DNA of 61,867 bases, taken from positions 1-61,867 of IMG/VR virus record IMGVR_UViG_3300025570_000015. One strand, written 5' to 3'. Each line of letters starts with the position of its first letter. The stretch's first letter is position 1. Below the pieces are notes generated by a model. The model was given only the letters and a program-made list of their open reading frames with translations. It made no database searches and had not been told where the DNA came from. This document shows positions 45,522-56,576 of the stretch, piece after piece. Origin of the DNA: a virus. Taxonomy: Duplodnaviria > Caudoviricetes. The position numbers and the translations under genes are program-made.

Positions 45522-46180
45522 GCGTGCGTCCTCGTAATCGCTAGTGTTGAGGACGGTATTGCTGGCACTGGAGATGATGCTGCTGTGTAATTTAAAAATC
45601 CAGATGTATTATCCATCATGTAATTTATTTCAAGATAATCATTAGCCGCCACAGTAAATATCTGCGTTCTGGATGTAACGAGTGTAGCATTATTCTGATG
45701 TAATGCAGTTGTCATAGCGCCATTTGCTGTATCAACACCATTTATACTAGGCCAAAAATAAAAGTGTATTGTGCTTGCACTTGTCGATGATATTTGTGCT
45801 GAAAATGATAATACATATTCACCAGCCTCTTCAAATACAATTCTACTTGTTGGCGTACCTTGTGTAATCTTTGAATGGCCAGACGGTGCATCATAGGTCA
45901 GCTTGTATGCCGTATTTGCTAGGGCTGGTGTAACATCTGATGTTTTAATAAAGTTAGCGTGTCCGCCCTCTACTACGATTTGACGCCACTCTCCGCCTTT
46001 GCTTACGACTGGATATTCATATGATCTATCCCACATAAGCGTACCATCATCAGCTGCGGTTTCCCCACCAGTTTGCTGAACAAGAGGTGATCTTGTCTGG
46101 GACATAAACTGCATGAGGCGTCTGCCCCATGTTTTCCAATCATCTCCATATGGTTCTGGTGGCCTTTGCTGTTGCGTCAT
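45518..46180 (-). CDS. Tail-associated protein
   Basis: Homolog of 7758-8423. Confidence 0.5.
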   Translation of the reverse strand: MTQQQRPPEPYGDDWKTWGRRLMQFMSQTRSPLVQQTGGETAADDGTLMWDRSYEYPVVSKGGEWRQIVVEGGHANFIKTSDVTPALANTAYKLTYDAPSGHSKITQGTPTSRIVFEEAGEYVLSFSAQISSTSASTIHFYFWPSINGVDTANGAMTTALHQNNATLVTSRTQIFTVAANDYLEINYMMDNTSGFLNYTAASSPVPAIPSSTLAITRTHA

Positions 46181-47658
46181 CTTCTACCGCCTGCAACGAC
46201 ATCAATTCTATTTACGCCAACACGCCAATCGCCAAGTGTAACTGCGCTAACACGCATTCTCATTTGACGCCCTGTAAATCTTAGTGAGGTTGGTGTGGAC
46301 ATTGTGTATGGCCCGTAATCACGTTCAGTTCCATTTGGATAGAAGCGTGTCTTAAATGTAACATTCACATCACCTTGCGTTTTCTCGTCGGGCAACATTT
46401 CAGTTACAGATGCCACTGTATCGCCAGAGCCAAGCATAATAGGGCCAGTTTCAGCAAATGGCACAAGTGTTCCATAATCAAAGCCAATTTCATGCTCATA
46501 TATTTTGTAGTTATCTGCGTCTACCCAAAGAGGTTTTCTAAATGCGCCTGCGTCTACTCCAGCAGTTCTTGCCAATTCACCAATATACCATGTGTTTTCA
46601 ATATAGTTAAATACAACGTAGCGATTGTTTTCGGTAGATGAAGCAGATGGGTAAAACCAGAATATCTCACCAAAGTTACTATTTGTTACGCAGAACGCTT
46701 TACTTATTTGGCCTCGGTTCATGTCGTTAAACACGTAATCTGCAACTTCGCTTTGTATCTCTTGAACCGCACCGCCTGTATAAGCATAAAATGCGTGTGC
46801 GCCCATCCAGAATGCACCGCTATCAACTACTGATACTGCTTTATTTGCAGCTAATCCACATGACGAACCAACACGCTCAATACCATAAACATATGGTGGG
46901 CCTACATAATTTGCTACGTGTGCGTCTGTGCTGGTTAAGATAAGCGTTTGGCCTCGCACTTTAATGCCTGCCATAATTTGACCGCTTGTGTTTAACTCTA
47001 AATCACCAGCTTCATTTGTGGCGGCTGGCGTCCATAGTGTATTATCTTCTCGATCAGACCATTGCACTTTGCGCGGGTTTCCACCCGCTCCAAGAGCAAA
47101 TAAGAAACGCTCTTCTGTCACCACCAATGATCTATTATTTATTGGAGCGTTTGCTATAGCTGCGGCTGGTGTGCCTGTAGCCAATGCCCACTCGTATATT
47201 TTACCATCATCTTCCGTACATCCCACAAGGTTTTCGCCCCACGTGTCTAATGCCCAAGATGTTGCTGGCTGTATTCTTACTGTGTCTGGACGTTCTACAC
47301 CAAATGCGTAGCTGCCGTATAAACTACCGCCATACCCCGTAAATGATATTGCGTCATCTCTGCCCGCAGTAAATGAAGTTGGAGTTATATCAAACCTAGA
47401 GCCAGTTTGATTCCAGATATATAATTTATTATATGATCCGCCAGCTATCCACCGGGCATTGCTATTATCTATCCAAGATAACATGCCACGCACTGGAGCT
47501 GCGGCTGCGTTATCCGAACGTGTACGCCAGCCACCCATTGGGCGCATAGTATTATCTATCCATCGAATTAAATTTGCATCACGCCAGCGACCATTGGATT
47601 GCAGGTCAGTTCCGTTACGGTAAACTCCAGAAGGAATATCTAGTGGAATAAGTGGCAT
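46177..47658 (-). CDS. Tail tubular protein B
   Basis: Homolog of 8420-9901, same length. Confidence 0.7.
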   Translation of the reverse strand: MPLIPLDIPSGVYRNGTDLQSNGRWRDANLIRWIDNTMRPMGGWRTRSDNAAAAPVRGMLSWIDNSNARWIAGGSYNKLYIWNQTGSRFDITPTSFTAGRDDAISFTGYGGSLYGSYAFGVERPDTVRIQPATSWALDTWGENLVGCTEDDGKIYEWALATGTPAAAIANAPINNRSLVVTEERFLFALGAGGNPRKVQWSDREDNTLWTPAATNEAGDLELNTSGQIMAGIKVRGQTLILTSTDAHVANYVGPPYVYGIERVGSSCGLAANKAVSVVDSGAFWMGAHAFYAYTGGAVQEIQSEVADYVFNDMNRGQISKAFCVTNSNFGEIFWFYPSASSTENNRYVVFNYIENTWYIGELARTAGVDAGAFRKPLWVDADNYKIYEHEIGFDYGTLVPFAETGPIMLGSGDTVASVTEMLPDEKTQGDVNVTFKTRFYPNGTERDYGPYTMSTPTSLRFTGRQMRMRVSAVTLGDWRVGVNRIDVVAGGRR

Positions 47659-47712
47659 ATAGACCTCATGGCGTTAAACTTATGGGACTATAACACATTT
47701 TGTAGTAAAATA

Positions 47713-47744
47713 ACAACAGGGGCAATGCATGTCGCCCCTGTTGT
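47713..47744 (-). terminator. Hairpin/terminator after the tail fibre cluster
   Basis: acaacaggggc/gcccctgttgt stem. Confidence 0.55.
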
Positions 47745-47753
47745 GTATATTTA

Positions 47754-47981
47754 TTATTCTGCAGCTTCAACTTCAGCTTCAGGTTCTTCTAGTGATACAG
47801 CTAAATGCTTCACAAATGCTTCACGACCAATGTTTAGCTGGTCTAGGTTAAATCGAGCATTGTCTAATTTACGGCCCAGATCATTTATGTGGTTTAGCAT
47901 TATCTTTTGCTCGTCAGTGAAGTCATCAACATTATATTCTATGTCGTTGACTGTAATGAGGTTCTTTTCTTTTTTACTCAT
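47754..47981 (-). CDS. Small tail-fibre-associated coiled-coil protein
   Basis: ITVNDIEYNVDDFTDEQK...LDQL motif, downstream of the fibre gene. Confidence 0.55.
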   Translation of the reverse strand: MSKKEKNLITVNDIEYNVDDFTDEQKIMLNHINDLGRKLDNARFNLDQLNIGREAFVKHLAVSLEEPEAEVEAAE

Positions 47982-48006
47982 TGTAGTCTCCTTTGGTTAG
48001 GTTAAT

Positions 48007-48252
48007 TTAGGAAGCGGTGTATCCGTTCCCTGCTGTGATAGCCGCATTAGCCGCTGTCATATCTTCTGATGTCCAGTAATCTTTAGCAACCATTAGTTCT
48101 AGGTGCTGAGTATTACGATCCACACAGTCTTGTCGATCTTCTGCATCATCATCTGCCATAACATTACCAGCAATAACATCATTGATAAGTGCAACTGAGT
48201 CACCCATTGCTGAGTAGTTCTGTGCGATTTGTTCTGCTGTTAAGTCATCCAT
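48007..48252 (-). CDS. Small tail-fibre-associated protein
   Basis: 81 aa directly after the fibre gene. Confidence 0.55.
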   Translation of the reverse strand: MDDLTAEQIAQNYSAMGDSVALINDVIAGNVMADDDAEDRQDCVDRNTQHLELMVAKDYWTSEDMTAANAAITAGNGYTAS

Positions 48253-48255
48253 GGG

Positions 48256-50535
48256 TTATGCTCCTTCTAAAGCTGTAATACGAGCCTCTAGCTCTTGGAT
48301 TGTTTTTACTAATAGTGGTACAAGTTTAGACTGATCTATACCTTGGTACTCTGGGTTGCCGTCTGCATCGACTGCATCCTTTGTGCCTGTGATAGCCTCT
48401 GGCACGACTGCCTGAACCTCGTGTGCAAGGAAGCCATCAACCGTCTTTTCTGGCGTGCTAATAAAGTTAAACTGATGGACAGGAATTTGCTTGAGGCGGT
48501 CTGTTGCACCTGTCAGTTCAACTACGTTTTCTTTTAGGCGGTAGTCGGACGATGTGTTGTATGCGGTACTTGATGTGCCAACATTGATGTTCCCCACTCC
48601 AATTCCCGAACTATTTAAGAAAAACCCTGCATAATAATTATGATTTGCTGAAGGTCTGGTTCCAAGTCCAACCTCAGCTGCGCCAATGCCACTAGCGCCA
48701 ATAGCAGAACCGCCTGATTTTTCTACAGTTAAATTAGGGTTTATGCCTGAACCCACGAAAACACTAGTAGTCCCGATCATAGCACGACCACTGCTGTCAA
48801 CACGAACCCTAGGATTACCATCCCCATCAGACAGCACGATGTTGTTGCTTGAGGTGCGGATGTCTAGGCCGTGTTGGTTGCCGTTGTATAGGCCAACAAT
48901 AGTGTTCTTAGCTCCAGAAGTTACTCCAGACCCAGAACTATAGCCTACGAAAGTGTTATTACCACCTGTAGTATCAAATCCAGAGCCTCTCCCAAGAAAG
49001 GTACAGTTGCCATTACCATTTAATGTGTAGCCAGCATTTCTACCTATAACTACGTTATCTCCACCTGTTTGGTATGCTCTTAGGGCATTATCTCCAATAG
49101 CTACGTTGCCTGATGCGGTGGTGTTGTTTTCTAGAGCCTGTGCACCAACAGATACGTTGCTTGAGCCTGTAGTGTTACTAAATAAAGCACTTCTACCATG
49201 AGCCGTGTTACTAGCGCCTGTCGTGTTAGTGTATAAAGAATACATACCACTAGCAGTGTTGTCATCTGCGGTAGTGTTGGCTTGTAAAGAGTTTCTACCA
49301 ATAGCAGTGTTAGCTGTACCAGTAGTATTCGCAGAAAGAGATTGATACCCAACTGCGGTGTTGTTGGATGCGGTGGTGATCGCATCACCAGCTAATGCAC
49401 CGATGAGGGTGTTCTGTACACCTGTTGTGATTTGCTCACCAGCATTAGCTCCTACAGCCGTATTAAAACTATTTGTAGCTGAAGCATAGTTTTGATTTGC
49501 TAATGTACCTCTTCCTATTGCTGTACTAAAACTGCCTAAATCATCTGCACCTAAAGAACCGCTACCTAATGCTGTATTGTAATTAGATGTTGTGATAGCA
49601 TCACCTGCAAGACTACCAATGAAAGTGTTTTCTGTACCCGTAGTATTACTAAGCCCAGCCTGATAACCAACAGCAGTGTTGTTATTTGCGGTGGTGTTTG
49701 AGTATAAAGAGCTATGCCCTAAAGCTACATTATTACTTCCTGTAGTATTAGTATAAAAAGCATTACGCCCTAATACTGAGTTAAGATTGCCAGTAGTAGT
49801 ATTATATAAAGCATTCATACCAACCACAGTGTTGTTTGAACCTGTAGTATTACTGTACCCTGCACCTTTACCTATAAAAACAACTTCACCCGTAGTATTA
49901 CTAAACCCAGCTTGATAACCTACTGCCGTGTTGTAGCTTGCGGTGGTGTTGTTGGTTAGTGCTTCTGCGCCCAAAGCTGTGTTATATTGACCAGAAGTAT
50001 TGTCATATAAAGCGAGAGAACCAAAGCCGCTGTTTTGAGAACCTGTGGTTGAGTTTAAAACCGCACGACCCATTGCGGTGTTTGCGTTACCACTAGCGTT
50101 AGAAGTTAATGCCTCTGTTCCTACCGCAGTGTTGTTTCCACCAGAAGTTAAGCTATCCAACGCAGTATCACCTAACGCCACATTGCCTGTACCCGTAGGA
50201 TAGTTCCCGTCCAGCTTGATTGTGCCGCCGTCTACTGAAACATTACCTGCAACTGTAAGGGATGTAAGGCTTCCAAGTGACGTAATGTTAGTTTGTGCAG
50301 CAGTTGTTAGCGTACCCGCAATATTTGTAAATGTACCAGCCGCAGCTGATGCTCCGCCAATGACTGTGCCATCAATCGTACCAGAGTTAATATCAATACC
50401 CGTGACAGGTGTTGTCCCGTCTAGCAGATTATCAACGCTATCTAAATTGGTGTTTATCTTTGTACCCCAAGTATCTTCAGACGCGCCAACTTCTGGCTTC
50501 ACTAAGCTATATGTCGTTGTTGTAGTATCAGCCAT
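48256..50535 (-). CDS. Long tail fibre with C-terminal intramolecular chaperone (peptidase S74-like)
   Basis: Shared N-terminal anchor; many NTAVG..AL..NTTG repeats; SSDYRLKEN...GFLAHEVQ...[12 protein letters not shown]. Confidence 0.85.
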   Translation of the reverse strand: MADTTTTTYSLVKPEVGASEDTWGTKINTNLDSVDNLLDGTTPVTGIDINSGTIDGTVIGGASAAAGTFTNIAGTLTTAAQTNITSLGSLTSLTVAGNVSVDGGTIKLDGNYPTGTGNVALGDTALDSLTSGGNNTAVGTEALTSNASGNANTAMGRAVLNSTTGSQNSGFGSLALYDNTSGQYNTALGAEALTNNTTASYNTAVGYQAGFSNTTGEVVFIGKGAGYSNTTGSNNTVVGMNALYNTTTGNLNSVLGRNAFYTNTTGSNNVALGHSSLYSNTTANNNTAVGYQAGLSNTTGTENTFIGSLAGDAITTSNYNTALGSGSLGADDLGSFSTAIGRGTLANQNYASATNSFNTAVGANAGEQITTGVQNTLIGALAGDAITTASNNTAVGYQSLSANTTGTANTAIGRNSLQANTTADDNTASGMYSLYTNTTGASNTAHGRSALFSNTTGSSNVSVGAQALENNTTASGNVAIGDNALRAYQTGGDNVVIGRNAGYTLNGNGNCTFLGRGSGFDTTGGNNTFVGYSSGSGVTSGAKNTIVGLYNGNQHGLDIRTSSNNIVLSDGDGNPRVRVDSSGRAMIGTTSVFVGSGINPNLTVEKSGGSAIGASGIGAAEVGLGTRPSANHNYYAGFFLNSSGIGVGNINVGTSSTAYNTSSDYRLKENVVELTGATDRLKQIPVHQFNFISTPEKTVDGFLAHEVQAVVPEAITGTKDAVDADGNPEYQGIDQSKLVPLLVKTIQELEARITALEGA

Positions 50536-50598
50536 GTTAATCTCCTATGCGGCGTTAGCCAAAGTTATACTTCTTGCCTATGAAGCTGTCCATTCCAT

Positions 50599-51264
50599 CT
50601 ATGTAGGGGAAGTGGCAGACCAATCATTGACTGCGTTAGGCACATATTGCCACGTTTCGGGTGTCTTTTCAAGGGGTGTCCATATTTCAGGCGTATTTTG
50701 TTCAACTTCCCACTTCTCAATTGCTCGGCATGTCGTAGACAATGCTGTTGCAATTGCTGACGCGGAGAACTGCACCCGGTTAACTGTAGCAGTTGTGCTT
50801 AGTGCTGTATTGATTTGCGATGCACCGCTAAATACAACAACTGCGTTTGATGATGTGCTAGATGATGGTGTTATATTTGATATTGCATGTCTCACACGCA
50901 CCATATCTGAGCTGGTTGTAGATGTTGTTGCTATTGCGCTGCTTGAGTTACGTGTTCTTGCGCCTACAGCAGATGTAGATGAGCTAGCAGGTATTGCTGA
51001 TGCAACTTCACGCACACGCTGGGCAGAACCAGACGTTGTTGATGATGTTGTGCTACTTGCGGATGCTTCACGCACTCTTTGCGCTTGCGTTGCAGTAGTG
51101 GATACTGTGATTATGTCAGATGCACTTAACCTAACACGCACTGAAGCTGACGCTGTAGACGCAACTGTGATAATTGTGCCAGCGCCATCCGTGACAAAGC
51201 CATCTAGCCCAAAATTATATGAGCCATATGTACTGCGTCCATATCCACTGCGGTATTCAGCCAT
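50599..51264 (-). CDS. Ser/Thr-rich tail-associated protein
   Basis: C-terminal AIEKWE...PETW shared with 10712-11182. Confidence 0.55.
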   Translation of the reverse strand: MAEYRSGYGRSTYGSYNFGLDGFVTDGAGTIITVASTASASVRVRLSASDIITVSTTATQAQRVREASASSTTSSTTSGSAQRVREVASAIPASSSTSAVGARTRNSSSAIATTSTTSSDMVRVRHAISNITPSSSTSSNAVVVFSGASQINTALSTTATVNRVQFSASAIATALSTTCRAIEKWEVEQNTPEIWTPLEKTPETWQYVPNAVNDWSATSPT

Positions 51265-51644
51265 TAGTCTAGGGTAATATCAAGATCGCCTGATGGTAAG
51301 CGGAAAACATCACCTGTATCAATTGTTTTGCTTGTGGTTAATGCAGCATACGCAATTAAATTGCCGCCAGATGCAGCATCAAACACGCCTACGTGTGTTA
51401 CTGTGCCATATCCTGATGTAGCTGTATCCCACTCAATAGCTGCGTTATTTGACGCTGTATTTCCTGATATTGTGAATGTTACAGCTTGACGACCATATCC
51501 ACCGCCAGACACTTCTGTGCCACCGCCTGTATCATCTGGTGCGCCAGTGTATAATGCTATGTGCCACGCTGTGGGGCGTGTTGCGCTACCTGTTGTAAAC
51601 ACCCACGTTAGAACTGTTGTCTCGAATGTATTAGAAAAACTCAT
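51264..51644 (-). CDS. Tail fibre-associated structural protein
   Basis: Homolog of 15744-16124. Confidence 0.6.
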   Translation of the reverse strand: MSFSNTFETTVLTWVFTTGSATRPTAWHIALYTGAPDDTGGGTEVSGGGYGRQAVTFTISGNTASNNAAIEWDTATSGYGTVTHVGVFDAASGGNLIAYAALTTSKTIDTGDVFRLPSGDLDITLD

Positions 51645-51645
51645 T

Positions 51646-52266
51646 TTAATATGCCCTTATTTTCATACGACGACCAGAGCCGCCAAATTTAGCTTTTTCA
51701 CTTGCTTGGTTTATTGAATCAATTGCGCTTTGGTATAATGCCGCCCATACTTGTATTCTAGCGTCATCTTTTAGATATGGCGCAGAATGTATTAGTGAAC
51801 CATACAAATATGCGTCAGGGTAATGCTCCAATATCCAATTTGACGTATTACTATCAGATAATGCGTCTGTTTTACCAAAATAATACAATTCTGACGTGTA
51901 TGTGCCATCTGGAACTGGATAAACCTCTAATTCACCTGCTGTAACTGCATAATATGCTGGTTGCCCGCTCGTGTTTAGGTTTCTAAACTTACGATCAAGC
52001 ATTTCTGCTTGTGATATTAGCTCAAGTGGGCGTGTATCTCCGCTTGTAATATAAAACCGTATAACTTCGAGCATATCTGCGGGTATTGCACTATATTGCG
52101 TGTCAATCTCGGCTGTGCTGCGCTTTTCTTGCCGCCAATGACGGATTTGCCTGTTTAAATCTGCTTCTGCGAGTGAGACAAACGTAGATGACACAGATGT
52201 TAAGTCATCTCTATTCAGAAAATCTGCAATATTTGTCTTTAATTCTGCATATGTTGTAATTGGCAT
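51646..52266 (-). CDS. Head-tail adaptor / tail tubular protein A
   Basis: Homolog of 16126-16746. Confidence 0.7.
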   Translation of the reverse strand: MPITTYAELKTNIADFLNRDDLTSVSSTFVSLAEADLNRQIRHWRQEKRSTAEIDTQYSAIPADMLEVIRFYITSGDTRPLELISQAEMLDRKFRNLNTSGQPAYYAVTAGELEVYPVPDGTYTSELYYFGKTDALSDSNTSNWILEHYPDAYLYGSLIHSAPYLKDDARIQVWAALYQSAIDSINQASEKAKFGGSGRRMKIRAY

Positions 52267-52303
52267 TATTCAACTCTCAGTTTATTTCTGTATAACATAT
52301 TTA

Positions 52304-53905
52304 TTAATAAGATAGTAGCCCACGTTCTAACTCTTGTTGTTTTTTATATTCTTGCATAGCGGTCAATACACCCGGTGCTAATAATCCAGCAGCAGTTAAA
52401 TTTTTTAAATGTTTAAATTCTGGATCAAATCTTGCAAATTTTGACCTTAATGTTGTTGGGTCAAATGTAACTGCTGTTGTCGCCATCTCTGGGCTTAGTC
52501 CAATATGATCTGGGTGAGGAAACTGACTTCCAATATCAACGACATCTTTAATAAGTAATCCGCTACTATCTGTAGTTCTTGCCGCCCTAGCCGCCTCTGG
52601 AGATGATGCCCAAGATGCCCAATCTTGTGTCATATCTGATATTTTTTTACGAGTAGGTATTCCATCTTGTTTGAAATTCATTCTAGCGTACTTTGGGGCG
52701 TCACCCCAATTTGCACCTTCAAAATTTGTTTTTGCGTAATTATCTGTTTTACCTAACAATGGGTAAACTGCACCTCTATCATCGTATAGATTGAAAGCAT
52801 CTGTTGAAAAATCTCGACCAGCAGTAGGATTTTCAGTTGGGCTTCCAGCATACCTATTCGCATTATACCTATCTGTTGTACTCCAAATGCCAGTGTCGTA
52901 ATCTTGACCGCCAGCTATGTCAGCATCCATAGCTTTTATTCCACCTTGTCCGCCATGAAATAATTCTTTGTTATAGCCAAGCTGGTCAGCTCGTAACTTT
53001 CTAGCGCCCTCACTCATATTTAACGGCGTGTTATTAAACATATATTGTGGGTCTGCCATAGACATCATTTCGTCAGTAACATACTTTGCCTCACCCTTTG
53101 CGCGTAGCTCTAGAATTTCTTTTGCAGTTTTTTCTGCTTTATTTTTAGGCTTGGGTAGTGATGGGCTAGAAAGAGCATCAAGTATACCTTTAACCTCTGA
53201 ATTAAAATTTGGATCGTAATCAAGCAGTGGCGTCGATGTGTCAGCGCCATCTAAATCAATAAAACGCACTTTTGCATTTTGCACGCCCTCTTCCGCCACT
53301 TTAGTCAACCTATGATGTCCATCTTGAACAAACATTTTTCCGTTTTTTCTAACGACAAAGGGCAACTCACCAGCGCTAGAAGATGTAGTAGAGAAATCTG
53401 GGTTTACTGTAGGTTGCGTAGCATAAATCTGATTAATCGGCACTTCCTCAACACGAGAAGTAAGTGCTGATACACGTCGATTTTCTTCTTTATTTAATGT
53501 GGGTTTTTCTACATCTCTAAACGTCCAGCCTGTTTGTGTTGGGTCAGCTTTAGGATTTAACTTTATATTACCAAAAGACATGCCCAGCGCGTTTGGATCA
53601 ACTTCAATCCGTTTAGCTTTATCAAGTAATCCCCTTGCGCCCTTCTTAATGCCGGCAGCCATAGCGTCGCCAAGGCCGGGGACTAATCCAACGAGAGCTG
53701 CGCCGCCTAGAGCTGCCACCATTGCATAATTAGGGTCTGGCTTTTGTAATTCGTCGTAAACTTCTTTGGCTGCCATAGCGTCGCCAATGATAGGCGTGGC
53801 TTCAGCTACAAATCTTGCGGCGTCCATTGCTGTAATACCTTGGTATGGCGTCGCCGTTCTCTTTCCAGAGAAACTCATTGGCCTTTGTTGATCTAGTAAG
53901 CCCAT
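52304..53905 (-). CDS. Polymorphic/polyvalent effector with ParB/Srx-like and ADP-ribosyltransferase-like domains
   Basis: VPINQIYATQ...FVQDGHHRL (ParB/Srx); LFHG...IWSTTDRYNANRYA...VYPL...FDPTTLRSKFARFDP (ART-PolyVal-like). Confidence 0.7.
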   Translation of the reverse strand: MGLLDQQRPMSFSGKRTATPYQGITAMDAARFVAEATPIIGDAMAAKEVYDELQKPDPNYAMVAALGGAALVGLVPGLGDAMAAGIKKGARGLLDKAKRIEVDPNALGMSFGNIKLNPKADPTQTGWTFRDVEKPTLNKEENRRVSALTSRVEEVPINQIYATQPTVNPDFSTTSSSAGELPFVVRKNGKMFVQDGHHRLTKVAEEGVQNAKVRFIDLDGADTSTPLLDYDPNFNSEVKGILDALSSPSLPKPKNKAEKTAKEILELRAKGEAKYVTDEMMSMADPQYMFNNTPLNMSEGARKLRADQLGYNKELFHGGQGGIKAMDADIAGGQDYDTGIWSTTDRYNANRYAGSPTENPTAGRDFSTDAFNLYDDRGAVYPLLGKTDNYAKTNFEGANWGDAPKYARMNFKQDGIPTRKKISDMTQDWASWASSPEAARAARTTDSSGLLIKDVVDIGSQFPHPDHIGLSPEMATTAVTFDPTTLRSKFARFDPEFKHLKNLTAAGLLAPGVLTAMQEYKKQQELERGLLSY

Positions 53906-54456
53906 TAGTCAAGAAAACTTTCTGCCATACTTATTGTATTAAAAGCTCTAGCCAATGCAGCTAATCCGTCAGGCTGTGACATGCTATAAGAATAATTTTG
54001 TGGGTCTCTATTATACATATCTGTCAGGTATTTAACAAAACCTTGCTTGTTTGGTATCGCCATATCTTGCAATTGAAGCATGTCTTCATATGGAAGCAGA
54101 CTGGTAAAAGGAGAAATATCTGAGCTAGGCGCTTGGCTTGACCTTAGTGGCGGCGGGCTAGTCTCAAGTAAACCAAGTTTTCTTTTAGTATTTGCAGGCG
54201 CTTCAGTCATCTTTGACAGCAAACCTTCTTTGACAGGATCATTGCCAGCAAAGTTAGCTTGGCCTAGCGTGCCGTAATATGTTTTTTCACCAATATTTTC
54301 TACAGGTTTGCCGCCAGTAGTCATAAGCGATCCATTAACATATTCCATCTCGTCGCCGGGTGTTAAGACATTAGCCAAAAACTCAGTAATGCTGTTTCTA
54401 TCGCTTGCACCTTTATCTAGCGAGTTAAGAAAACTTAAAAATTTATTTTGTGCCAT
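53905..54456 (-). CDS. Hypothetical protein, conserved N-terminus and variable C-terminus
   Basis: Homolog of 18396-18914. Confidence 0.6.
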   Translation of the reverse strand: MAQNKFLSFLNSLDKGASDRNSITEFLANVLTPGDEMEYVNGSLMTTGGKPVENIGEKTYYGTLGQANFAGNDPVKEGLLSKMTEAPANTKRKLGLLETSPPPLRSSQAPSSDISPFTSLLPYEDMLQLQDMAIPNKQGFVKYLTDMYNRDPQNYSYSMSQPDGLAALARAFNTISMAESFLD

Positions 54457-54490
54457 AATCCTAGCCTATTTAATATATTAACTGAACTTA

Positions 54491-54679
54491 TCACAATTTT
54501 TCCATATTAGCTAGTACCACACGCATTCTATCTGATAGCTTCCACGTTCCAGCTCTCCAGCGGGCGGCGTGTTGTGCATCTTCCAAAGATAGGCCTCGGC
54601 TCATATAATTTCTAATCCACTTATTCATCATTAAATTTTTCATCTTAGGTGACAAATTGTCGAATTTTTTTTTATTCAT
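54491..54679 (-). CDS. Conserved small hypothetical protein
   Basis: Homolog of 18949-19137. Confidence 0.65.
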   Translation of the reverse strand: MNKKKFDNLSPKMKNLMMNKWIRNYMSRGLSLEDAQHAARWRAGTWKLSDRMRVVLANMEKL

Positions 54680-56073
54680 GCAATGCCTTTAAGGTTTCGC
54701 TTGATAGACCTATTCCAGCTCACACTTGCGCCAGACAGGGCTGTGGCTGCGTCTGATGCCATAGTTAAACATAATGCATCCGCCAAGTCAGGCGATTTTA
54801 GCCCACGCTTGCGCATCGCGTCCTTACTCTCAGCCTTCATCTTGCCTGCGCTGGTAAATGCGTACCTTATGCCAGTTAGCTCGGCTAGGAGCTGATCATT
54901 TTTTGGCAGCTTGCATGACCTGTCTTCCAGCCACGCTTTAGTCTTAAACCATAACTCGCTGCGCAGATTCATGTAAGTCTTGCCCATAGCAGGCGCTTCG
55001 CCAACATTAATTCCACGCACTGGAGCGCCTAACTCACGTAATCTATCAACTACTCCGCCGCCAACGCCGATACTGTCCACAAGTATTTCGTTTGGGCGTA
55101 GGCTTGGCGATAAATTATCATATTCAGCCATTACTCTGCCCACAGTCTGCATTAAGTCTAAGCCTTGCCACGCTTCAATATCAGTTACAACATTGCCATA
55201 CCTTTTGCACAATGCAGTCTTATCTGTGCCAAACCTAGCAACATCCAAGCCCCATATAGGTCTAATGTCAGGCGTAATCTCAATATCACGGTGTATTGCG
55301 CTCTCTGCGAGATGAAACGGTATAATCGTATCATCATCAGCCATAGGGAACTCACCTAGCACACGTATGCGGAATGCATTTGAATCCTCGCCGTAACGCT
55401 CACGCATTTCATCGACAAACTCTGTTGATACAAGCGGGCTATCGACGCACGACCATCTGCGCGTCCACCAGCTCTTAGCTAATCTAGTTTGGCTCTCAAA
55501 AAATGTGCCTGACGAACGTGTGGGGTTAGACAAGAGTAACGTGGTAGCATTATGCCCTGACATTGACCCAGCGGCTGCCTCAAAGACTTTCTCAGGTACA
55601 CCTGATGCCTCATCTACCACCAATAAAACATTCTCAGAGTGAACGCCTGCTAACGCTTCTGGCGTTTCTGCGCGTGACGTTCTAGCGGATATGAAAGCCT
55701 CTGACGCTGCCGACGTTAGCTCGACGCGGTCTGATTTGGTGGTTAGCAATTGCTGTAGATGGGGTGGCAACTCGTTAATCCATCGTTTTAGCTCGGCAAA
55801 CAATGCGTCAAACAATTGGCTAGACGTGGGCGCTGTGACGACGACTTTATTGGGAAAGCGTAGCAGGAGAAACCAGAGCATAGCCCAAGAGGCTGACGTG
55901 GACTTGCCTGTACCGTGGCCTGACCTTACGGACATTTTACGCTCGCCATTCGCTATGGCCTCCAGAAACTCTGCTTGGTAATCGTATGGCTCTGCGCCTA
56001 GCACCTCTTTGACGAACAGCACTGGGTCATCCCGGTAACGTAGGACAAACTCTTGTAACGGATTGTCACTCAT
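54676..56073 (-). CDS. terL: Terminase large subunit (right copy)
   Basis: Same motifs as 19134-20531. Confidence 0.92.
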   Translation of the reverse strand: MSDNPLQEFVLRYRDDPVLFVKEVLGAEPYDYQAEFLEAIANGERKMSVRSGHGTGKSTSASWAMLWFLLLRFPNKVVVTAPTSSQLFDALFAELKRWINELPPHLQQLLTTKSDRVELTSAASEAFISARTSRAETPEALAGVHSENVLLVVDEASGVPEKVFEAAAGSMSGHNATTLLLSNPTRSSGTFFESQTRLAKSWWTRRWSCVDSPLVSTEFVDEMRERYGEDSNAFRIRVLGEFPMADDDTIIPFHLAESAIHRDIEITPDIRPIWGLDVARFGTDKTALCKRYGNVVTDIEAWQGLDLMQTVGRVMAEYDNLSPSLRPNEILVDSIGVGGGVVDRLRELGAPVRGINVGEAPAMGKTYMNLRSELWFKTKAWLEDRSCKLPKNDQLLAELTGIRYAFTSAGKMKAESKDAMRKRGLKSPDLADALCLTMASDAATALSGASVSWNRSIKRNLKGIA

Positions 56074-56566
56074 CTGATACATCCTCATAATCTGCGTCAA
56101 TCGTCTTGGCTTCACGCTCTTGGTCTTCTTTATGGATAGCTGCCAGATCGGAATTGACTTTGCGTAATGCGTCTAAATGCATGTCACCCACAGATATAGT
56201 CACGTTTGTCTGGGGTCTATTGCCGTATCGCTCCTGATTATACGAGCCTGCCATAAATTTGCGCCACTGCACCTTTTCTCGGGTGGCGGCTATTTCGCTT
56301 GATGTGCTGCCGCCATCCAGATCATCTACCATTGTTAAGCCTTGCTCTACGAGTGCATCAGCTGCCTCTTGCCTAGCTTTGCGTAGGGCTTGCTCGTACT
56401 CAGGTATGGTCTTGAGAGATGTGCTGAGATACTGCCGGGAGCAATCATATTCTTTTGCAAGGGCTGTGAGTGTCGTGCCTGAAGCTATCTGCTCAAACAA
56501 GTATTCAGCACCGCCTTTGCTTAGTACATCGGCAAGTATTCTTCTGCGTAATGCTTTGCCAGCCAT
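56066..56566 (-). CDS. terS: Terminase small subunit (right copy)
   Basis: MAGKALRRR start, homolog of 20524-21024. Confidence 0.8.
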   Translation of the reverse strand: MAGKALRRRILADVLSKGGAEYLFEQIASGTTLTALAKEYDCSRQYLSTSLKTIPEYEQALRKARQEAADALVEQGLTMVDDLDGGSTSSEIAATREKVQWRKFMAGSYNQERYGNRPQTNVTISVGDMHLDALRKVNSDLAAIHKEDQEREAKTIDADYEDVSDE

Positions 56567-56576
56567 TGTTGTTCTC

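Noticed and set aside
50216-51277. 353-aa plus-strand ORF and many other plus-strand ORFs in late regions
   Set aside because: Antisense shadows of Ser/Thr/Ala-rich minus-strand genes, with no RBS or recognisable motifs.
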